From an uncultured Lachnospiraceae bacterium (GTDB taxonomy: Bacteria; Bacillota; Clostridia; Lachnospirales; Lachnospiraceae): a stretch of 64,000 bases of DNA. The translations under genes were made by a program, and so were the position numbers. Positions 58,286 through 64,000 of the stretch are shown here, one piece after another. The stretch spans positions 3,039-67,038 of the forward strand of contig CANOFO010000002.1 in the NCBI GenBank assembly GCA_947565305.1, in the 5' to 3' direction. The notes under the pieces were generated by a model. The model saw only the letters and a list, made by a program, of their open reading frames with translations, ran no database searches and was not told the origin of the DNA. The stretch's first letter is position 1, and the number at the start of each line of letters is the position of its first letter.

Positions 58286-59020
58286 TTAAACATTTTTGTA
58301 CATGTACACATCAAACACAAATTGCTTATTCCAATATCCATCGAGCTTCGAGGTTGTTATTTTTATATCCATTCCATGTTCCGCTGCAAATTCCACAAAA
58401 AACTGCTTATCATAAAACAGCTTCTGCAGCCCTTCATACTTTATGTCATAATCCGGTATGATGGATCTTTTATTTTCTATATATGCATTCTCTTTTGACA
58501 AATCATGTACATCCAGCACCGTAACACAATAAGATGATTTTTCGTACATCTTATTTAAAACTTCATATGCATACTCATAATCTGAAAAGTATTCAAACAT
58601 ACTGTTTGTAAATACGCAATCATACTTTATATCTGTTTTCATGCAAATGGCTTCATCACAGTAAATTTCATCAGGATTGTCCAAAACCTCGCTCGCAGCT
58701 TCTATATGCGGCTGGGAATAATCCATTCCTCCTACCCTATATCCGTCTTTTTCCAGTAAAAATAAAAACGGACCGCTTCCACATCCCGCCTCAAAGACGC
58801 TTTTTATTTCATCCCTGTCTCCCTTAAAATTCCTCAGCATGAATTCGTATTGTTTCTTAAACGCCCCATAACCCATTCCATCGGCAAGCGTATCATTTCC
58901 ATCTACCCTTTTCAATTCCATAAACACAGATTCAATATCTCCTGATGTCAGAAGATTTTTATCCGCTTTTTTCTTGCTCCAGATTTCCTGCCACTTCTTC
59001 ATATTTACTTTTTCACTCAT
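58286..59020 (-). CDS. Class I SAM methyltransferase
   Basis: FEAGCGSG, GMDYS, NSMFEYF. Confidence 0.85.
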   Translation of the reverse strand: MSEKVNMKKWQEIWSKKKADKNLLTSGDIESVFMELKRVDGNDTLADGMGYGAFKKQYEFMLRNFKGDRDEIKSVFEAGCGSGPFLFLLEKDGYRVGGMDYSQPHIEAASEVLDNPDEIYCDEAICMKTDIKYDCVFTNSMFEYFSDYEYAYEVLNKMYEKSSYCVTVLDVHDLSKENAYIENKRSIIPDYDIKYEGLQKLFYDKQFFVEFAAEHGMDIKITTSKLDGYWNKQFVFDVYMYKNV

Positions 59021-59028
59021 ATTAACAC

Positions 59029-60279
59029 CTATTCCTTACTATGTATATTTTCTAAATAAACCAATTTAATGGCTACCGCAATTACGTGCATTGCCTTTTC
59101 CAAATCTGAAACGGAAGGATATGTGGGAGCCAGCCTGAGATATGCATCCTCAGGATCGTTGCCGTAAGGAAATGTCGATCCTGCTTTCGTAATCATCACC
59201 CCCGCATCCATACATTTCTCCCATACGCTCTTAGCCATATGAGGAGCCATTTTCAGATTAAAAAAATATCCCCCTTCGGGCTTGTTCCAATCCGCTATCT
59301 CCCATCCATCTAATTCTTCATGGAGAATCTGGTCTACCATGTCAAATTTAGGCCCTATAATCGCCCTATGCCTTGACATATGTTCCTCCAAACCATCTAT
59401 GTCCCGCAGAAACAGATAATGACGGTATTGATTAATCTTATCGCCGCTTTTCAGCTGGAGCAAAGAGTTCTCTGTCAGCCATTTAATATTTTCAGCACTC
59501 GATGCACAAACCCCTACTCCGCCTCCCGGAAATGTAATCTTAGATGTTGATGTAAACTCAAACACTCTGTCGGGATTGCCATATTCAGCAGCTTTACGGA
59601 TAATATTCAAAATTGTATGCTTCTTATCTGTAAGATGGTGTACGCAATAAGCATTATCCCAAAAAATCCTAAAATCAGCAGCTTTCGTCTCCATTGAGGC
59701 AAGCCTCAAGATAACTTCATCCGAATAAACCGCCCCCGTGGGATTGGAATAAAGCGGAACACACCATATTCCCTTTACCGTCCCATCTTCCTGAACAAGT
59801 TTCTCAACCAGGTCCATATCCGGTCCATTCTCATCCATGGGAATCGGTATCATGTTGATGCCAAACGTAGTGCAGATTTTAAAGTGTTTTTCATACCCTG
59901 GCGCTGGACAAAGAAAGCTGACTTTCTCGTAATCCTTCCACGGCTTGTTTCCATCTAAGCCAAAAAGTACTGCCTTATTCACAATGTCATACATTAAAGT
60001 AGTGCTCATGGTCCCCCCAATGTATATTTCCTCAGACGACACATCCAGCACCTTGGCAAATAAATTCTTTAACGGCTCAATACCTGCTGTTCCCGCATAA
60101 CTCCGATAATCCACTTCCTGTTCCAGACTCGTTGCAGACGTAACAAGATTCAACATCTCCATAGATAAATCAAGCTGTTCCCTGCATGGCCAGCCGCGTT
60201 CCATATTAAGCTGCAGACGCTGGTCACAAAATTTACGGTATCTATTTTCTAATTCCTCATATGTCTCCCTACTGTTCAT
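59029..60279 (-). CDS. PLP aminotransferase of the actinobacterial-type aspartate aminotransferase family (Rv3722c/AspT-like)
   Basis: LNMERGWP..EQLDLS, FLCPAPGYEKHF, WCVPLYSNPTG, WDNAY, STSKITFPG, DKINQYRH, RLAPT. Confidence 0.82.
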   Translation of the reverse strand: MNSRETYEELENRYRKFCDQRLQLNMERGWPCREQLDLSMEMLNLVTSATSLEQEVDYRSYAGTAGIEPLKNLFAKVLDVSSEEIYIGGTMSTTLMYDIVNKAVLFGLDGNKPWKDYEKVSFLCPAPGYEKHFKICTTFGINMIPIPMDENGPDMDLVEKLVQEDGTVKGIWCVPLYSNPTGAVYSDEVILRLASMETKAADFRIFWDNAYCVHHLTDKKHTILNIIRKAAEYGNPDRVFEFTSTSKITFPGGGVGVCASSAENIKWLTENSLLQLKSGDKINQYRHYLFLRDIDGLEEHMSRHRAIIGPKFDMVDQILHEELDGWEIADWNKPEGGYFFNLKMAPHMAKSVWEKCMDAGVMITKAGSTFPYGNDPEDAYLRLAPTYPSVSDLEKAMHVIAVAIKLVYLENIHSKE

Positions 60280-61034
60280 TCCGGCTCCTTCCCAAAAATT
60301 TCCTCCGCAATTTTCAAATCTGCCGCATCATCAATCTCAAACCATTTCATACCCGCAGAGCCCAGACCATAAACTGTCTGGGGAAAATCCCTTACAATCC
60401 CTTGCATTGCAGACTCTAACGGCGCCTTTCCATTTTCAATATCGCAGAATTTTTGGACATACATTTTTAATGTATGTGCTACAAACTCCCTGTCAAATTT
60501 ATGAATATTGATTGTTTTAAATTTATCCTCAATGGTAAAGTCACTTTCCCTCATGCTCTTATGAATCCAGTCAGTTACATATCCATTATCATCTATTTTC
60601 ACAAATGAACCATCCAGATTAGGTTGATACTTCTCCAACAAAGTCACATTAGCAGCTTTGCAATCGTCAATCCTCTTTAACAGCCCAGGGCTGAAAAACA
60701 CATCTCCCTCCAGGACAAACAGGCTGTCATATTCAGAAATATTCTTCAAACCGATATTTAAGGAACAGGATGTATTTGTTGCCGCATAATCATCGTTTTC
60801 AGCATAACGAATCTTCAATCCATGAAATTCATCTCCTATGTCATCTCTTATCTTATCTGCTAGATAACCAACCACAAGAAGCGCTTCCGATACGCCTACC
60901 ATCTTCAGGCATTCGAGCGCATTATGTAAAATCGGCTTATCATTTACTTTCGTTAAGCATTTATGGTTATTTAAGGTCAGCGGCTTAAGCCTTGTCCCCA
61001 TTCCCGCCACCAGAATAATAGCTTTCTTTCTCAA
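60276..61034 (-). CDS. LicC/PntC-like nucleotidyltransferase (probable phosphonate cytidylyltransferase)
   Basis: AIILVAGMGTRL, HKCL, VVGYL, NDDY..TN...SL, EGDV, WFEIDD..DL; TTG start 9 nt after GGAG. Confidence 0.8.
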   Translation of the reverse strand: MRKKAIILVAGMGTRLKPLTLNNHKCLTKVNDKPILHNALECLKMVGVSEALLVVGYLADKIRDDIGDEFHGLKIRYAENDDYAATNTSCSLNIGLKNISEYDSLFVLEGDVFFSPGLLKRIDDCKAANVTLLEKYQPNLDGSFVKIDDNGYVTDWIHKSMRESDFTIEDKFKTINIHKFDREFVAHTLKMYVQKFCDIENGKAPLESAMQGIVRDFPQTVYGLGSAGMKWFEIDDAADLKIAEEIFGKEPE

Positions 61035-61106
61035 AATTCATTACTCCAATCTATATCTAATTATATATGCGTCAATATACTAATTACAGACAAAATCTAA
61101 TAATTT

Positions 61107-61135
61107 ATATTACCATAAGTTCTTTTAGTTGTAAA
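61107..61135 (-). promoter_or_regulatory. SigmaA promoter TTTACA-17-TAATAT with extended TG, for the 61034 operon
   Basis: Exact spacing in the divergent intergenic region. Confidence 0.62.
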
Positions 61136-61168
61136 TAACTCCCCTCTTCTGAGATTCTCCATTTCTTA

Positions 61169-61197
61169 TTGAAAAACCAATATATATATATTATAAT
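61169..61197 (+). promoter_or_regulatory. SigmaA promoter TTGAAA-17-TATAAT with an (AT)6 tract in the spacer
   Basis: Near-consensus boxes; ATATATATATAT at 61180-61191. Confidence 0.72.
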
Positions 61198-61262
61198 TTT
61201 TAAATGGGTAAAAATGAAAAGGAGGAAACTGGTGTCACGAAAAAAACCAGTATATTAAAACA

Positions 61263-63152
61263 ATGAACTCAGACTCACCACAAAAAGAAATGCAGCAAAT
61301 AATCCGTGAATGCATGAACAGCCATTCCTACCAGACGGCAACTGAGTGTTTAAGTATCTATCAAAAAACATTTGGCCAAGATGCTTTCTACTTGGAATAT
61401 AAATTAACGCTTAACTGTGAAAACGGTCCTTCTATATCACTCATTTGTATGGAAAACGATGCCTCTTCTGTCAATAATTTCGTGGAACAACAACAATACA
61501 AGAATCTTGATGTATTTTATGTTCCGTCTGCTGACTGCGTAAACGATATCCTCGCTTACATTCAATCTGCCAACAGTAAATATGTCTGCTTTTTTGAACC
61601 CAACCATAAATACTCTGCTTTAAAATTAGCCACGATGGTAACTCTGATAGACCACCTGCCAGAAGTGGACGGCATTGTTTGTAGCCGCAACTTCATTGAC
61701 GCAGAAGATGCAATTATTGCGCACCCGGATATATGCCAGAAATCCTTAAATAACAAAGTATTTATGGGCAATCAGCTCTTATTTTTAAGCATAAAAAACA
61801 ATATAAATTTATATGGTAACCTTTCCACACTTTTATTGGAAACCCAATACATAAAACAGATTTCGATTGATTTTTCTGGAATCCCTTCTTCTATGTACAA
61901 ATTAGCGCTATTCCACCAATTAATTTTCCATGCTACGATTTATTTTACAAATATGCCATTAGTATCCACTGTCCTGAGACCTAACGACAATTCTTCTTAT
62001 CTGGTGGAAGACTATAAGAAATATCTGGAATCACTTGTATCCGATGATGAAGTTATGGCAGCAGCCATGGACAAATTGAATAAATGTAAACAAGGTGGCA
62101 GCAGCCCTGTTCAGAAGAACATTACTTTTTTCTATACGGACAAAGGGGAATATTATAATCTAAAACCGATTGCAGACGAAGCCGAAAGACGAGGCTATAA
62201 GATATCTTTTACCGAAGATATCAAACAGAAAGCTGAGATAGGTATTTACTGCCAGCATGTTTGCTATCCTGAAAATTCCAAATTTTCAGTTATCCTGCTG
62301 CATGACCTTGCCCAGGGCCACTATCGCTGGCCCAATATGTGGGAATTGGAACGCTGGGACAAATTTGACCTGGGAATCCTGCCCAGCAAATCCTGGGCAG
62401 ACCGCTGGTCTCAATGCGCCTGCCAATATTATGCAAATCCAAGTTGCGGCGTATTTGACTTCGGCTATCCCAAAAGCGACCTTATCCATTCTGAAGCGTT
62501 AAAAAGCCGAGCCGAGAAACTCCGGCAGGAACTGAATCTGAAACATGACATTTCTATCCTTTATGCACCTTCCTGGGAAAACGATGGAAAGGAACATGAT
62601 TTTGTAACATCGCTTTCCTGTTTAAATGTAAACCTGTTGATTAAGCAGGCCCACCTTCCGGCAGAAATGTCTGAAATCATTGAAAACATACGGCAAATGC
62701 GTGCTTTACACGAAGGCAAATACCCAAACGTATATTATATCGAACCAGAAGAAAGCATTCAGACTGCCCTTTCACTGTGTGATTATGTCGTATCAGACGA
62801 ATCAAGCGTCATGAGCGAGGCTGCTATGTTTGGCAAAATAAGTATTGCTGTTACAAACTGGCTTATCCCTGATACCGTACCCAGCAGACACGCATATTTT
62901 CCTATGGATTATGTTATAAAATGCCGCAGATCCAAACTTTACGAGACTGTGAATAATCTGCTCGCTGCCCCGGAAACATACAGCGATATCCTGGAACTGG
63001 GACGCCAGGACCTCTCCAGTCCTGGCCATGTCTGCAAAAACATCATGGATGCCATTGAATTTTATACAACACCAGAAGCTGACAGAGCTCCATCTTCGTT
63101 CTGCCATGAAAAGCTTACATCAAAGTATGCTCCTTGTTCCATGTGGAATTAA
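61263..63152 (+). CDS. Helical N-terminus, GT2-like and TagF-like phosphotransferase domains; only plus-strand gene; paralog of 46167-47960
   Basis: ITFFYTDKGEYYN, KAEIGIYCQH, LLHDLAQGH.RWPN.WE.ERW, GYPKS, ILYAPSW, VSDESSV. Confidence 0.75.
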   Translation: MNSDSPQKEMQQIIRECMNSHSYQTATECLSIYQKTFGQDAFYLEYKLTLNCENGPSISLICMENDASSVNNFVEQQQYKNLDVFYVPSADCVNDILAYIQSANSKYVCFFEPNHKYSALKLATMVTLIDHLPEVDGIVCSRNFIDAEDAIIAHPDICQKSLNNKVFMGNQLLFLSIKNNINLYGNLSTLLLETQYIKQISIDFSGIPSSMYKLALFHQLIFHATIYFTNMPLVSTVLRPNDNSSYLVEDYKKYLESLVSDDEVMAAAMDKLNKCKQGGSSPVQKNITFFYTDKGEYYNLKPIADEAERRGYKISFTEDIKQKAEIGIYCQHVCYPENSKFSVILLHDLAQGHYRWPNMWELERWDKFDLGILPSKSWADRWSQCACQYYANPSCGVFDFGYPKSDLIHSEALKSRAEKLRQELNLKHDISILYAPSWENDGKEHDFVTSLSCLNVNLLIKQAHLPAEMSEIIENIRQMRALHEGKYPNVYYIEPEESIQTALSLCDYVVSDESSVMSEAAMFGKISIAVTNWLIPDTVPSRHAYFPMDYVIKCRRSKLYETVNNLLAAPETYSDILELGRQDLSSPGHVCKNIMDAIEFYTTPEADRAPSSFCHEKLTSKYAPCSMWN

Positions 63153-64000
63153 CTATATTTCATCAATCAAAGTTATAATATCTTTGATTGGCATCAGTCT
63201 CTCGTCCACTTCTTTGGCCCTGTGGTAAGTAAGTATGTCCGTAGCCGTTTTCTGCATGGCAGGAAATGCGCTGCGGGTAAGCTGATTAGCATAAATTACA
63301 ATATTTACCCCATGTTGATAAAGTTCTTGTTCTGTAACAGAATTATAGGAAGTCGGAACAGCGACAATCGGCGTTTCCTTATCCGTTTTTCGGAACCTGT
63401 CACAAAATTCAAATACTTCGTCCGCTTCTTTTTTCCTGCTATGAATCATAATGCCATCTGCCCCTGCTTTTACATAAGCCTCTGCACGGCTTAATGCATC
63501 ATCCATGCCTTTCTCCAGGATTAAACTTTCTATTCTGGCAATAATCATAAAATCTTCTTCTCGCTGCGCTCTCTTGCCGGCACGGATTTTTTCACAGAAA
63601 TTTTCCACACTGTCCTGCGTCTGTTCTACTTCCATACCGAACAAAGAATTTTTCTTCAATCCCGTCTTATCCTCGATAATCACGGCAGATATTCCCATAC
63701 GTTCCATCGTCCTCACATTATAGGAAAAGTGTTCAATCAGACCGCCGGTATCTCCATCCAGAATAATCGGCTTTGTAGTCACTTCTAAAATATCATCCAC
63801 AGTCCTTAACCTTGATGACATATCTACCAATTCAATATCTGGCTTTCCTTTGGCAGTAGAATCACAGAGGCTTGACAGCCACATTGCGTCAAATTGGTCG
63901 ATTTCCCCATCATGAGAAACGACTGTCTTCTCAGCAATCAACCCGGTTAAGCCGCTATGTACTTCCAATGCCTTGACTATCGGACACAGTTTTAGCAATT
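63153..64000 (-). CDS. pepM: Phosphoenolpyruvate mutase (5' end outside the window, probably fused to a cytidylyltransferase)
   Basis: Diagnostic EDKxxxxxNS ([10 protein letters not shown]), [43 protein letters not shown]. Confidence 0.93.
   Translation of the reverse strand, partial: LLKLCPIVKALEVHSGLTGLIAEKTVVSHDGEIDQFDAMWLSSLCDSTAKGKPDIELVDMSSRLRTVDDILEVTTKPIILDGDTGGLIEHFSYNVRTMERMGISAVIIEDKTGLKKNSLFGMEVEQTQDSVENFCEKIRAGKRAQREEDFMIIARIESLILEKGMDDALSRAEAYVKAGADGIMIHSRKKEADEVFEFCDRFRKTDKETPIVAVPTSYNSVTEQELYQHGVNIVIYANQLTRSAFPAMQKTATDILTYHRAKEVDERLMPIKDIITLIDEI

Noticed and set aside
48089-61250. Similar CACGAAAAAA(A)CCA motifs near 48090 and 61236 as possible cassette-flanking direct repeats
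   Set aside because: Short, A-rich and imperfect, with no recombinase nearby; chance cannot be excluded.
1-64000. CRISPR arrays, tRNA/rRNA, IS transposases, invertases
   Set aside because: No regularly spaced repeats, RNA gene signatures or recombinase motifs seen by eye.

Overview
The whole window is one large, almost entirely minus-strand glycan biosynthesis and modification island. It is probably from a motile Lachnospiraceae/Clostridia gut bacterium (inferred from protein families, RBS style and promoter style). It holds about 45 genes: many soluble glycosyltransferases (GT2, GT4, CgeB/DUF3880-like, DUF4422, RgpF-like, several fused to TPR-like or methyltransferase domains), nucleotide-sugar pathways and tailoring enzymes. 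I see no flippase, polymerase or priming transferase, and there are two sigma28-type promoters, so flagellin/protein glycosylation is the best reading. Modules from left to right: (1) FdtA/FdtB with a C3-methyltransferase and two SDRs, possibly making a branched 3-amino-3-C-methyl sugar; (2) a carbamoyltransferase frameshifted at a G9 tract, a candidate phase-variable gene; (3) GDP-mannose genes, ColD and an Fcl/ColC homolog lacking both epimerase residues, a possible GDP-tyvelose route; (4) a dehydrogenase/decarboxylase-like/mutase-like trio; (5) tandem radical SAM genes preceded by a sigma28-driven ~120-nt unit with CsrA-consensus hairpins and a terminator, a candidate CsrA-binding sRNA or attenuator; (6) a TagD-Gfo fusion with LicD; (7) a complete WbpA/B/E/D/I-like 2,3-diacetamido-mannuronate pathway; (8) a phosphonate module with PEP mutase, a cytidylyltransferase, an Asp-aminotransferase-like enzyme instead of a decarboxylase, a methyltransferase, a glutaminase-less Asn-synthetase-like ligase and two TagF-like paralogs, suggesting a phosphonoalanine-type glycan decoration. 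Several gene remnants point to active turnover. All calls come from reading motifs by eye and from remembered family sequences; no database search was run.
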